This document shows, piece after piece, positions 10,836 through 23,440 of a DNA stretch of 64,000 nt. Below the pieces are notes generated by a model that saw nothing but the letters and a program-made list of their open reading frames with translations, was not told where the DNA came from and ran no database searches. The stretch is from positions 248,001-312,000 of the forward strand of contig JAUPSS010000010.1 in NCBI GenBank assembly GCA_040285825.1, written 5' to 3'. Made by a program: the position numbers and the translations under genes. Source of the stretch: Eukaryota sp. TZLM1-RC (Eukaryota > Protista > Metamonada: BaSk clade). Numbering within the stretch: the stretch's first letter is position 1; every line of letters begins with the position of its first letter.

Positions 10836-11164
10836 GCAATATATTTATTTCTTATCGTTCTACTTTGCATGATGCAGTCAGAAATCAAATCCATGCAATG
10901 TGTAAATGCTATCATATTGAATCATTTGTAGAACCTTTGTTAAGGTCTCTTGATATAAATGAAAACGTAAGAGATTCAGAATATGGAAAACGACTTGCTG
11001 ATGTTGTTGTGCCCTCTTTTGATGATGTCTTGAATGTTGTTGATGTCGTAACAGTGGATGTTTGCAAGAAAAATGCCTTGAGAAATGCACAATCCGAAGT
11101 ATCCCCCCTTGAATTTTTGCTTGATGATATCCAAAAGTTTGTGAGTAGCTACACAAAACAATAA
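10836..11164 (+). mobile_element. Fragment of RLE-type non-LTR retrotransposon (CCHC plus PD-(D/E)xK endonuclease region)
   Basis: HDAVRNQ...VEPL...KRLADVVVP...VVDVVTVDVC, matching 51074-52354. Confidence 0.8.
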
Positions 11165-11317
11165 TGGAATTTAAAGAATCACCTTGTTTCACACCAGAAG
11201 ATGAAACTCTGTTGCTATGAAGAAGAATTCCTATAGTTGTATATTTACTAAATTATATTTAGGTTGACATAATTTTTAATAAACACCATCGGTGATTCAC
11301 CTTCCCAGCCTGAGAAA

Positions 11318-12340
11318 ATGAAAACTCCTACATCCTTGGCACTCAGTATATCAGGTGTATATATAAGCTTTTTGTTTTATGGTCTGTTACAGGAGTCGAT
11401 TACTAAGGAGGCCTGGGATGGCGAGTCTTTCACCTTCTTCTTCTTTCTTGTCAGTCTTACATGTGCTGTCAATGGTCTTTGCGGCTGGTTGTTCCGATTT
11501 GTGTTTCCTTCACTGTGTTATTGCTCATATACCCCGAAGACTCTCCTATTCAAAATATCATTCACTTATGTCGGATCCATGGTCACGTCAAATCTCAGTC
11601 TTTTGTGGCTCACTTATATATCAAAGGTGTTGTTGAAGAGTTGTAAAATGGTCCCTGTTCTGTTAGGTGGTCTCTTACTCAGAAAAACTAAGTATTCTTG
11701 GAACAAATACGTGTCTGTTGTCTTTATTTCTTTGGGCATTGTTGTTTTCATGTATTTTAAACCAAATTCTGCTCATCCGTCTCCTAGGGAGTCTCTTGTT
11801 TGGCCTGGTGTTCTTTTGGCATGTTTATCTCTTTTTTTTGATGGCCTCACTGGTGCTAATCAAGACCTTTGTGTTTCGCACTACAAGACCTCTGTTACCG
11901 AGTTTATGATTTACATCAATTATTATGGGGCTCTTATAATGCTCTTTATTTCGGTTTTCACTGGAGAGGTGTTGTCTGCATTGTCGTTTATTTATCGTCA
12001 TCCCGCTATTCTTCCTACAATTCTCCTATTCTGTGTTGTTGGCGCTATTGGTCAAGTTCTTATTTATCAGGTCCTCAGCCTCTCGTCAGCCTTGGTTCTT
12101 GCAACAGTTACTACCACAAGAAAGTTCTTTACTGTTTTGTTGTCGGTTCTGGTTTTTGGACATCGTCTCCATTATTTACAATGGAGTGGTGTTGTTTTGG
12201 TGTTTGGTGGATTATCTGTTGAAAAATTATGGAAAAGAAAGTTGCCATTAGTGAAAGACAAGACATGTTTTTCTTCTGAGGTGGAGATGTTTCTGGATCT
12301 CAAGTCCGACCAAGTGGATTTGGGAACTCAAAAAGTTTAG
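11318..12340 (+). CDS. SLC35B1: SLC35B1/HUT1-like UAA-family nucleotide-sugar transporter
   Basis: Intact 340-aa multi-TM ORF with YGLLQE, KSCKMVPV, DGLTGANQD, GQVLIY and VTTTRKFFTVLLS motifs. Confidence 0.85.
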   Translation: MKTPTSLALSISGVYISFLFYGLLQESITKEAWDGESFTFFFFLVSLTCAVNGLCGWLFRFVFPSLCYCSYTPKTLLFKISFTYVGSMVTSNLSLLWLTYISKVLLKSCKMVPVLLGGLLLRKTKYSWNKYVSVVFISLGIVVFMYFKPNSAHPSPRESLVWPGVLLACLSLFFDGLTGANQDLCVSHYKTSVTEFMIYINYYGALIMLFISVFTGEVLSALSFIYRHPAILPTILLFCVVGAIGQVLIYQVLSLSSALVLATVTTTRKFFTVLLSVLVFGHRLHYLQWSGVVLVFGGLSVEKLWKRKLPLVKDKTCFSSEVEMFLDLKSDQVDLGTQKV

Positions 12341-12894
12341 TTTTGATTCTTGCACTTGGTATAGTCTTTTTTGTCATAAGTGGATGGTTTGGTTTTTGTG
12401 CTCTTAAATTTTTGTTTAATCCATTTTCGATGTTTATCTGGTCCACAACAGCTCCACATATGTTTTGAAGTAGGCATCAATTTCTACAAATTGAATGCTG
12501 CGTTAATTACTGTAAGAGTCTTTGTAGATGTCACTAAGCAAAATGTTACATGGAACAAATAAAACCAGTAGTCTAAGAAATAAATTGTGACTCACACTGT
12601 CAGGTGATCATCAATGGCACATATCGTGCTTACCTGTTCATATTTTTATTTGACATATATTGAATAATCAAAGACATAAATCTGGGGTTTTCTTGTAGAG
12701 TACAAGTGAAATTTTTTATCTTTTCAATCTTTCTACTTAAACCCTTGTTTCATCTTGACTTGTTGATCGGTGTAAATTTACCACAAAAAGGGCACATCGA
12801 ATGGAGAATCGAGAATGGTACAACGTGAACGTCTCGATTTAATAGTTACTTTCTGCAACAAGTTCAATGGTGTTGTCGTATAAGAACAATGTTA

Positions 12895-14400
12895 ATACAA
12901 ATGTTGATCAACAATGTCGAAGTTAAAGGCATAATTGACTCTGGTGCAACATGCTCAGTAGTCACAGAAGACGTCATCAGTAGATGTAACATGGCACGTT
13001 CCAACAAAACCATATCCTAGAAAATTGCTGATGGAACCACCTCACAGTCCCTTGGTACTGCTTTTGGAACTCTTAGCAGTAGACTAGGAAGTGTTACCCA
13101 GATTGTACATGTGAAACACAAGTTCAGCATCATTCCTGGACATGAGACCATTTTCATTGGTGCCGACTTGTTGTGTCATCTTGAGCTGTTGAACAATAAG
13201 GGCATTTACATTAGAACGGACCACGCCTGTCGCACATTACTACTCCCTGAAGCCGAATTCGATCATCGAATATCACAAGCTTCAGAAGTCGTCAACGTTT
13301 CCACACGTTGGTTGGAACACGTCAACTAATTCGGTTGTATTATCAACCTCGACAATGATCATTACAAAAAGCCCCTACTTCAAACTTTGAAAGAGTTCGA
13401 AGACGTTTTCACCCTCAAGCCTCATGTGGAAGGTATCGATTGTCCTCCTAAGGAAATAAACTTCTACAATGAAGACTTCAGAGTTAGAAGACCCCCGAGG
13501 ACCCTGAATCCAGCCAGGCTAGAGGTCGCTAAACAAATTTTCGACGAACTCGTAGACTCAGGATTTGCTGTCCCATTGCACCATGAGTTCAGCTCCCCTG
13601 TCTGTCTAGTGGTCTACACAGATCACCGTAAGCCCTGCTTTACAGGTGATTACAGCGGCAAGGACGGTGTTAACGCCAACACCATCCCTGTTGAGCCCAA
13701 CCTTACAAAAAACTCCGACGTGCTGGTATTTCCCTCCCAAGCGAATTACATAGGTACCCTTGAACTCCCCAAAGCCTTTTGGCAACTCAAAATTGCTGAA
13801 AAAGACTGGCAGAAAACAGCCCTAAGCATTCCTGGCAAAAGCATTATGTCTAAACGAGCTGCTTTTGGCCTCAAGAATGTCCCAGTTTTCCAAAACGTCA
13901 TGGCTGATATTTTCTCTGGATACGGAATATTCATCTACATAGATGACATAATAGTCAGAGGTACAACCTCTGAACAAGTTCAACGATCGCCTTCACCGCG
14001 TTTTTGAACGAGCAAGAGACAAAAGAGTATCCTTGGGACTTCCAAAGTGCAATTTCGTGTCTTTCAAACACTCAATTGAGATACTGGGCAGTGTTGTCCA
14101 AAACAAGACTAGGACAATCGATTCCACTCGAACCGAATCTTTGTTGAATCTTTCTAGACCAAAAACGGTCAAATTGACTCAGAAGAAGGAGAGAACTAAC
14201 GACAACGTTAAACCCAAACCCAGAGCACAACAACTTCAATGGACCGACATGCACGACGGGCTCCTGACTCAGATCAAAAAACTGATAGCGAAGCATATGT
14301 AGCTAAACTGACCTCCAACGGAGAATCATGTTCTGATTAGTTGCGATGCATCCGACATTGCTGTTGGCGGAGTTATCTGGGAACAAATCGAACCTGTCGA
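12895..14400 (+). pseudogene. Degenerate family A pol fragment (protease-RT-start of RNase H)
   Basis: High similarity to 5580-7145 in the opposite orientation; IIDSGAT, YIDD, SCDASD; stops and frameshifts. Confidence 0.88.
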
Positions 14401-14737
14401 AGGAGGCGTCAACGCAGGAGGAGGAGAAGCATAACTTCCCTCTGTCCCTGTTGAAGAAGGGAGTTCTGTTCCCGACTGAGGACTATGGCAGGAAGAACTG
14501 GAGTTTTGGTTTGGAGCTGGAGGAGGATCAGTCCTACCAGATTCAGAAGCGTCTTTGGAGCCCACCGAAGTGGATCCAATACGTATTGATGATCTGGATG
14601 GATTAGACATAAGTATACCTGAATGTAATGAGATTTATTACCAGGGAAAGAGGATTTCACTCGACTTAAGGGCATGTGCGCATTTGTACAATAAACTATA
14701 AATAAACTATAATTACAAATATTATCCAAGGCTAACA
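14400..14737 (-). mobile_element. 5' LTR (14587-14737) and ORF start of a divergent family A-like element
   Basis: TGTTAG...CATCA LTR, palindrome CAATACGTATTG at 14577-14588, ORF MSNPSRSSIRIGS starting inside the LTR. Confidence 0.8.
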
Positions 14738-14929
14738 CAGAATTGTATTTTCATTTTTTAAAGGTGTTGTCCCCTTGTTGTTTTCTGGTTTATTATTTAT
14801 TGGCCGTTTTTATGAAGGAAAAACTTCAAGTCATTTCTTTTTGGCTAATTTGGTATATGAAGATTAAGACATTTAAATTTTTTGTTTAGTTTCTTGAATC
14901 ATTATATGAGTACTTTTACTTAATTTCCG

Positions 14930-15820
14930 AAAAAAAAGCCAAATGATGAAATTAGATATACAGAAAAAATAAACGAAAGATAAACGGAAGACTATCAGTA
15001 GAAGCCGGTACTTTTTTGAATGATTTCCAAAAAATGGTTTTTTCACTTTTTGTAACCGTTGTACCACGAAGATTTGGATTGTGTGCCACTAATGAAGCAT
15101 TTGTAACAAAAATGTGATTATATTTGAATATCCCCATTAATCAATTATTATCAAAAGAAAAATGTATTTGTTCGAATTCACCTCAGCTCACTTCGCGACA
15201 TGCTCTGAATTGTTCGAAATTGATAACTTATCGTTCTTCATTTAATCATGATGTTAGAGACACTGTTTTCAATATGGCACAAACTGCAAGAATATAGGGT
15301 ATCAAAGAGCATCTGCTGAAGGAAACAATGTCTCTGAATAATTTTGGTTCTGATGATAGAGGTGATGTATACTGTGATTGGATTGATAACTCTGAAGCTA
15401 TTGTTGACTTTGTCTCATGTAATGTTGCAAATGATACTTTGGTTCACAGAAGAAAACTTAATCCTGTAAGTGCTCTTGATTTTCAAGCAAAAGAAAAACA
15501 TAGAAAATATGACAAAGATATCGAAGAAGCTAATGCTGGTAGAAATACACAATTAGTTTTTATTGTTTTCCCATCTTCGATAAAGGGAAGACTATCAGTA
15601 GAAGCAGAAACTTTTTTGAATGACTTCCAAAAAATGGTTCAGGAAAAAACAATGAAAAGATTTGATATTTCTTATGGCGCTCTCGGATTCAATTTGCCAT
15701 TATCGATAGATTACCTCTATTTTTCAATCGAATTAGAGAACCTTTAGCTAGACAGCAAGCAAATCAAGATTATGTACAGGAAATCTTGGTTCATTGAATT
15801 TTGTCCCATTAGTTATGAGT
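14930..15820 (+). mobile_element. Mosaic of RLE non-LTR retrotransposon 3' fragments
   Basis: CIC...HALNC...HDVR, DDRGDVYCD, KHRKY motifs; closely similar to 27730-28510 on the other strand. Confidence 0.8.
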
Positions 15821-16081
15821 TAATTTTGTCAAGTGTGTAAGTTTTATAAAAGTAATTTATATGAGTTCAAAATAAAATGTTGGTACTGTCAAAATTTGGA
15901 ACAACTTTCTGAGAAGTCTAATGAGTTGAAAACTTTTGTCACAACACGATAAGTTTCTTACAAAATTTGTTTAAAACTCATCCCCATTACATTCTTGATT
16001 ACATTCCCCAAAACAAATTCATGCCAAAATAAATTCAGAAAACTTGCAGAGCATTGTTTATGATTTTTGTGGTATTTACAG

Positions 16082-16993
16082 ATGTCTTCTCATGATGCCT
16101 CACTCAATGTACACCCAACATGTTCCATGTGTAAGATTCATAATATAGACAATCATCTACTATTTGTCACAACACCAGAACCTCATGAATTAGCATTTCA
16201 TGTATTCGAATCTGATGACGATAATAATGATAATGTACCAGTGATTGCAGTCCATGGTCTCACACGTACAAGCCATGATTTTGATGAAATCGCTCGCGTT
16301 CTCAAACACCAGGGAACTGTATATTGTTTAGATATGCCTGGAAGGGGACGATCACAGCCTTTAGCTTTGCCTGAGCACTACTCATACAACACTTATGTCA
16401 ATGATGTATTTTCCTTCCTGTCCTACGCCAATCTTGGTTCTGTTAATTGGATTGGTTCCAGCATGGGAGGTATTTTGGGAATGTTGATAGCTTCACGTCC
16501 CAACTCACCTATCAAAAAGTTGGTATTGAATGATATTGGGTATTTTATCCCTTTTATTGCTCTCAAACAGATTTCTGAGAATGTGTCACAGACTGGACCT
16601 TTCCGTTCTTATGAACTAGCGGCTCAGCATCTTCGAAATGTTTATGCTCAATTTGGTTTCACTACAGAAGAAGAATGGAATCACTTTGTGGAAGTTTCTG
16701 TCAAGAAAGTTGACGATAACTACTACTTGCATTACGATCCTGCCATTGCTTCACAATTTCAGAAATCGGTTCAAAACGAGCAGGACATAGACCTCTGGCA
16801 AATATGGGAGACAATTGATATTCCAGTATTGGTTCTTCGAGGTGAAGAATCCATTATTTTACCAAAGGAAGTTGCAGATAAAATGGGAGAAAAAGACAAC
16901 TGTACTGTAGCTGAGATTAAGAATTGTGGACACTGTCCATCGCTCACCAGTAGAGAACACATTGACTTGATAGCTGGCTTTTTTAGCAGATGA
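16082..16993 (+). CDS. Alpha/beta-fold hydrolase of bacterial type
   Basis: HGLTR, CLDMPGRGRS, nucleophile elbow WIGSSMGG, LVLNDIG, HYDPAIA, VLRGEES, GHCPSL. First ATG at 16082. Confidence 0.85.
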   Translation: MSSHDASLNVHPTCSMCKIHNIDNHLLFVTTPEPHELAFHVFESDDDNNDNVPVIAVHGLTRTSHDFDEIARVLKHQGTVYCLDMPGRGRSQPLALPEHYSYNTYVNDVFSFLSYANLGSVNWIGSSMGGILGMLIASRPNSPIKKLVLNDIGYFIPFIALKQISENVSQTGPFRSYELAAQHLRNVYAQFGFTTEEEWNHFVEVSVKKVDDNYYLHYDPAIASQFQKSVQNEQDIDLWQIWETIDIPVLVLRGEESIILPKEVADKMGEKDNCTVAEIKNCGHCPSLTSREHIDLIAGFFSR

Positions 16994-17167
16994 TTTGTAA
17001 ATAAAATCTCAATAGATAATGATATGTTTAAAACAGAGTCGTACTAATACAAAAGATGCAATAAGTGGACAAAGAAAAGACTGTATTAACGAACACTGGA
17101 TTGGGTTACAACTAATGTTCTACATAAGGTCCGCGGATAATAACTAAAAAACGACTGAAGCAGCAAA

Positions 17168-17433
17168 TTAAGCAGTGGCGACGCGAGCACTACGATAAGA
17201 TAAGAGTTAAATCAAACCGGCTATTGGGTCCGAGGGGCTTACCTTGGGGTCCCATAATGACATTGATGAAACGCTTGTTGTAAAGCTGACGTTTCTTGCA
17301 TCTTCCGCACTTGAGCTTGGGTTTATCAAGAGGGTCGACCTTAGGGGTTTGGTTCTTGACTTTACCGGTATGTGAAAGAGATCCGTGGACTTTACCTGAT
17401 GTAAATGATGTTACTCAGATGAAACAAACCCAT
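17168..17433 (-). CDS. RPS30: 40S ribosomal protein S30 (eS30), with introns at 17396-17429 and probably 17190-17217
   Basis: Spliced product MGKVHGSLSHTGKVKNQTPKV...KRQLYNKRFINV...GPNSRARVATA; both introns GTTTG...AG. Absent from the ORF track. The second intron is less certain because unspliced reading also terminates at 17190. Confidence 0.9.
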
Positions 17434-17767
17434 GTTGAACTTGGAGAAGAGAAAGAATTTTCTTAAACATAATTGCCTCAAATGTTCTATGATCACTTCT
17501 GTTAGTTTGTGCCAACACTAAATGCTGTTGTTTTTGGTGTTTTAGAAGAGAATGAACGTATCATACATCGAAATAAATATTTATTGCATTGATTTACATT
17601 AATACATCGTGACTCAAATAAACCACAAACCAAGAACAAGCTTCCCCATGAATTGAATTTTGGGCTCAATGCTCAACAATTGATAGTACAAATGTTTAAA
17701 AATTAAAAAGTAAATAATCTGACATAAAGTAAAAATAGTTTCTATGGATTCAATGATGTCGCTGCTT

Positions 17768-18046
17768 CTAAGCCTGAAAAGAGGGAATTTCCACAATAGT
17801 TGGAACATCAGAATCATGTTCCTTTAAAATAATGCGAATCTTATCGGCCGCAGTGGAAGTGATGATGAGTATTTGAATTGACTGATTGGACACAAACCTG
17901 TGAAAAGCACTTTCCATCTCTGAAACTGGAGTATCAACAGTTACTTGAAAGACGTTATTTTCCTCTTGATCTTGTATTCCTGCTAGTGTCATCCCAGCTA
18001 CAATTTCCTCTTCAGCAATTAATGCATAAAGCTTGGAATCCCACAT
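17768..18046 (-). CDS. VMA7: V-type ATPase V1 subunit F (short C-terminus)
   Basis: ALIAEEEIVAGMTLAGI...ESAFHRF...IQILII...ADKIR...PTIVEIPS matches the ATP6V1F/Vma7 pattern. Confidence 0.85.
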   Translation of the reverse strand: MWDSKLYALIAEEEIVAGMTLAGIQDQEENNVFQVTVDTPVSEMESAFHRFVSNQSIQILIITSTAADKIRIILKEHDSDVPTIVEIPSFQA

Positions 18047-18131
18047 GTGCTGATGGTAGTGGAAGATTTGTTTAAAATACGAGATTTTGATGATTCAATT
18101 GACAGTTGTTCCATTTAACTAACACTGCACC

Positions 18132-20874
18132 ATGTCTCTAAAACAGTCAACAGCAGCTTCTTCTATACAACCTACTATCTCCTTACACAAACAACAATGT
18201 ATAACTCCTTTTTGGGATGGTTTGTAATATTTCCTGTGTTTCATTAACCTTAGGTGGACCCCTCTGTAACTCGCATGACAATCGTTATTTTTACACATCA
18301 AGTGGATCCAATATCCGTGTCATCGACACTCATTCACTTCCAACATCCACCATTCACCCTTCTGAACAAGCTTCCATTGTTTCTATTACCACTGCACCTA
18401 ATCTTCTCGCCGTTTCCCACTCTAATAATATCATTCGTATATATAACACCAACCACACTTCCCTCTCTTCACTCTCTTCTCTTCGTCTTCCCATCAAAAG
18501 CTCTACCGTCACTTCAGCCATGGCATTGGATTCAGATGGTTTTCGTCTCGCTGTGGGAACGACTGATGGACAGTGCTTGGTCTACAACATTGCCAGCTCC
18601 ACAGGTGCTGACCAATCTCAGGTCATGTCACCCAAAGTCGCCTGTATCACTTTGATTGGTTCTAGTCCAATCAAATTGATTAGATTTGTTCAAGGTTGGG
18701 ACAATGAATTTTTGGTTGGTTTTGAATCTGGAAATTTGGGAATCTTTTCAATTAAAAACAAAAAATTTAATGAATTTTTTGACTTTCAATCGAATTTGAT
18801 TGATTTATTGATCGTTAAATCCTTTTTGTTTGCAGTGGGGCACGACGGTAGAGTCTGTATGTTCAAAATGCTCAATCAAAATGATAGCAATCATGATTTG
18901 ATTGATTGCTCACACTATTCAACTGTTTCTTTGATTCAAACCCCATCATCAATCATTTTTCAATCGAACCATCTCTTAGTTGCCGGAAACCAAGGAAGTA
19001 TCAACGTGATTGATATTGATTTCATCGAGGGTTTAATAACTCTCGATGACGATCACAGTCATTTTCCCAATCGGAAACTAACTCCGCTTTTGGAAAGTCA
19101 GTCAATCACGAATTCTGGTACTCCACTAGTGAAGTTGATCAACTGCACTGATGATAACTCTTTTTGGTCAATAGATTCTGAAATGACTTTTACATTGATT
19201 AATTTAGATAATAATTTAGTATTCAAAGACACTGCTGGTTATCTAGGTTTTCCCGAAGATATTATCGATTTAGTCACTATTCCACTCAAGGACTTCACTA
19301 ATGATGGTTTGCAGGGTCAAAAAGTTGACGTGAAAGGTCAGAATGCCGTTGATTTTTTCACAATTGCGGCAACACAAACCAATCATTTATTACTCATTAA
19401 GGATAGTCAGTTTAAACTCTTTACTGGTCATTCTGATATAGTAATGTCAATTGACTGGAGACGAGCTGAAATTTTCAAGGGTTTGGAGAAGGGATCATTC
19501 GGGCTATTAGTTACTAGTGGTAAAGATGGCGTAGTTATTGTTTGGAATATTTGTTATAATCAATCAAAGAATAATTACCTTCCCTTTTTGACACCAATCA
19601 CTTCAATCAAGATGACGTGCCCAGTCAGTTTGGTCAAGCTTGGTCTTGTTAAGAATGATCTTTTTGAACTTTTCACGGTTTCTGCTGATGGAGTTGTTAA
19701 AAAATTCACAGTCAACCACGATGGCAATCCCCAAAATTTAAAAATTTCCAACAATTGGAACCATTACGGATCTTCAAAAGACATCAACTCTTTAGATGTC
19801 TCTGTCAATAATAAATACCTCTCCTTCGCCGGCCAAGACAAAAATCTATCTTTGTTGCTATCAAAAGACGGTTCTGTTGTGTCGAAAGTTCAAAAAGCTC
19901 ATAAAAGAGGTGTGTGGTCAACGGAATTCTCGACTTTTGAACGAGCTATTGTGACCTGTGGAGCTGACGGGTTTGTTAGAATGTGGTCAGTACCAGATTT
20001 ACAGCTAGTCAAGACTTTTCAAGGTCACACGTCACCAGTTCTAAAATCATTTATTTTAAACCCCAATCAAATTTTTTCCCAGTCAGCTGATGGATGTGTT
20101 CGTATTTTCAATGTTAAGACAGGTTCAGTTGATTGTGTTGTAGCAGTCACTAATTGTAAACTTTGGTCTTGTGGGTTCTTTGGTTGGCCAAGGAAAATCC
20201 AACACTTTAAAAGTTTCGAATATGTCACCAAATATTTGGTTTTGGGATCGGCTGAAGGTGAAATTTTCTATTATATTGATAATTCAAGGGACATTTTGGA
20301 AGCTCAGCTTGCTGAACGAGAAGAATTGATACAGCAAAAAGAAAAATTAAATCGTTTATTTAAACAACAAGAATATTTTTCAGCTGCCAAATATGCACTT
20401 TCTCTGGATTTCTCGAAGGGTCTTTTAAAGTCAATTCCCTTTTTGACCAATGATGAGTTGTCACGATTCGTTGAAGAACTTTCCACGCCATTTACTGAGT
20501 GTGTAGGTCAAAATGATGATGTCGGTCGATCAGAATTAGAAAGACTTTTTGATCTGGTCTGTAATTGGACAGGTTTTTCCAAGTATTCTTTTACTGGAAT
20601 CAGAGTGTTATTCACAATTCTGCAGCATTACTCATTTAAAGAATTACAGAAGGTTAAGTCGATAGAATCGTATTTGACAACACTTTTGCCACTATGCCAG
20701 CGTTATTTTGATCGGGTATCACGTTTACAAAAGTCAATAAAAATGTTTGGTCAAGAAAATTCCTCTAGTTTTGAGCTTTCTATGGACTCGAATTCTTTTA
20801 ATGATGTTGGTGAAATTAATAGTATTTTTAATTCTATTTCCGTTTTAGATCGTCAGCAAAGTTTAATTCAATAG
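18132..20874 (+). CDS. UTP13: U3 snoRNP WD40 protein Utp13/TBL3, with a 34-nt intron at 18220-18253
   Basis: WD40 repeats, KDINSLDVSVNNK, AHKRGVWSTEFS, FQGHTSPVLK and a helical C-terminus ending QRYFDRVSRL. Removing the GTTTGT...TAG intron links ATG 18132 to PFWDG|GPL. Confidence 0.85.
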
Positions 20875-21049
20875 TTTTTGTTTAGTTTTGTTTATTAGTT
20901 TTTTAATTGGATTGTTACATTAGTTCATCTTAATAAATAGTTTTGGTGACAAGGTCAATTGCTTTGAAAATTATAATTTTTGCCAATATCTACCCTTAAA
21001 ACGAATTAAGATGTTCACGTTTGACTACAGTTGTCAAAAACTCAAAAAT

Positions 21050-23125
21050 TGTTGTTTGTCCAATGGCAGTTTGTGAAACTCTGCACAAATTTTTTTTTCA
21101 GCTGGCTATTTAAACAGATTCAACGAAAAGCAAAAAAAATTGTTACCATTTCAATACAGTATTAATACCACTGATGGAGTTGCTTCAGCAGCTTTGCTAC
21201 AGATGTTTTATTTCATCAAAATGAACCCAATGTTTGCATGTTGTTGAATTTTAGTAATCCCTTCAATTCAATTCATCGGTGCAATATTCATGGTGCTTTG
21301 CTACAATAATTGCCGGAATTAATGCCTTATTTCCAATCAACATATTGAACATATTCTAATTTGCATTATGGTAATTTTATTTTGAAATCTTCACGTGGTG
21401 TTAAACCAGGAGATCCTTTAGGACCACTTTTGTTTTGTCTGGCCATTCATCCAATTTTGTTACAAATTCAAGCAATGTTGCTTTCCTTAAATATGATTGC
21501 TTATATGGATGCTGTTGTGTTGGCGCCCTAAGGCTTATATAATATGATTAAAAAATAAATCAAATTTTCCTCATTGATTTTTCTTTATTACGAAAGACTT
21601 TAGGCAACAATAATTATTGGCCATTTTAAAGTCAAGGTATACCATTAATAACTCTAACAAACCTTAACACTCAACCAGCAAGATAATTGTAACATGTCAG
21701 ACACCCTCAGAAAAGGATATCTCTGACAATCAGCCATCTTCATCCCTTCAAATGCAACAGGACCAGGAACAACAAACACAACAAACACCTACACACAATA
21801 AGAAGGACAACGAAGCAACGGACCCGGCTCCCACCTCCTCCTTAACAAAAGAAAAAGACGAAAGAGGGACGAGGTCCCTCCTTCCACAAAAGTAGTTTCG
21901 CATGGAACAGGAGCGGAGCTAGGTTCCACATCTCCTTCCAAACCAAAAAACGAGGTAACGAGAACGGACCCGGTTCCCTCTCCCCTCGAGAATAAGAGAT
22001 TTGTCGACGGAGGTAACGAGAACGGTCCTGGCTCCCTCTCCTCTCCAAATGTAGAACCTGTTGTTAAGGTAACGGATGAAAATCCCACCTTAAAGAAGTC
22101 GACCCCTTGAGCAGAGTATGATGAATTTTATGCTCAACTAGATGACAAAAGGAAGACGACTCCAGTGATGGATTCTACAAACTCCTAACAAGAACACGGA
22201 GCTTTACCTTGAATCAATGGACTTTTATCCATTCGAGCAGCTCCCTCCCTTATGGAGCCAAACACAAAAAAAAGTCGACTACATACGAGGTTACGAGTAG
22301 AAACTCCACCTCCACTTTTATTGTACTACAATGGCAAGGCTACGTTCGTTGCTCCTCTGATTTTTATAGTCGTAAAGCCAGTATTTTAACAACAAAAGAC
22401 GCCGCCTTCAGGTTTCTGAAGTTTGTTACTTTGCTGACTGTTATTTTTGATCCAACATAGACCCTGAATGATCATTAGCGAATCCTTTCTTCGATTCCAT
22501 GATACCTTTACTAAACGACACTACCACGTTTCTCGTTTACGAAAAAGCGAAGAAGCAGAACGCCTTTATAAAGCGATTACAACATACACAACAAAGTATT
22601 CAAACATACAGATCTTGGAACGAGGCCCTTTTCAGTTATTGCTTACTACACTATACTAACATTATTATAAGAGAGTCATAGTACATCAATTGTCGATCTT
22701 AAAAACGTAAAACCAGTGTTTGTGCGAATCCCAATCACTACAAAGATAATTGTAGACAATAGAAAACAATAGAATTCAGTATTTAGTTCTCAATATTTAT
22801 AGTTATTTAGTCATTTGTTCATAGTTTTAGTTTCATATTCATATAAGCTGATTTATTTTGAAAAAGGGAAGAAGCAGTGTTGGCGCCCTAAGGCTTATAT
22901 AATATGATTAGAAAATAAATCAACTTTTCATCATTGATTTTTCTTTATAACAATAGACTTTAGGCAACAGTTGTTCTTATTGGTGGTTTAACGATTGTCA
23001 GAGAAGCAACTTGATGTTTCAAAGAATTATTCAACAAAATTGGCCTTCAACTTAATTTACTTAAATGTGTTTTACTTTCAAATTCTCCAGTTTCAACAAT
23101 AGTTGATGCTATTGAAATTCAAAAG
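21050..23125 (+). mobile_element. Degenerate RT region of an RLE non-LTR element, interrupted by the LTR element at 21518-22969
   Basis: SSRGVKPGDPLGPLLFCLAIHP, then AYMDAV|VLIG across the insertion, then IGLQLNLLKCVLL. Confidence 0.75.
21518..22969 (+). mobile_element. Internally deleted non-autonomous family B LTR element (1452 bp)
   Basis: 92-bp LTRs at 21518-21609 and 22878-22969, 4-bp TSD GTTG, palindrome at 21608-21619, PPT AAAAAGGGAAGAAGCAG; no intact ORF. Confidence 0.92.
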
Positions 23126-23129
23126 ATTT

Positions 23130-23440
23130 TGAGTGGTCCAATTGTATCCACGTTTAATTTTGCGAAAGGGCAGTCAGCCCACAGGGAACCAATTGAGGGA
23201 GTCTTTGATTGCTTTACTGGTGCTGTTTTCTGGCAACTAGGACAACGTTCTATATGCTTGATGAGATCTTTTCCCATGTTTGGCCAGTAGAAATCGTTTT
23301 TGGGAAAGTTTATGAAGACTTTCGTTTTTGCTGGGGTAGCCTGATTGGGCTTAACCGTGTATTAGGTTGAGTGCCGTCTTCCTTAGTTTGGTCGGAATTA
23401 TCATTGAATTATGTTGATTTAACCAGATTCCTGTGTTTTT
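23130..23440 (-). pseudogene. Family B-like integrase zinc-finger fragment
   Basis: Reverse-complement similarity to 3135-3345 and 840-1110. Confidence 0.7.

Noticed and set aside
21521-21528. TGGCGCCC resembling a tRNA-Lys primer-binding site
   Set aside because: It lies at the start of the LTR in both LTR copies, as fixed by the TSD and PPT, not after the 5' LTR, and the match stops at 8 nt.
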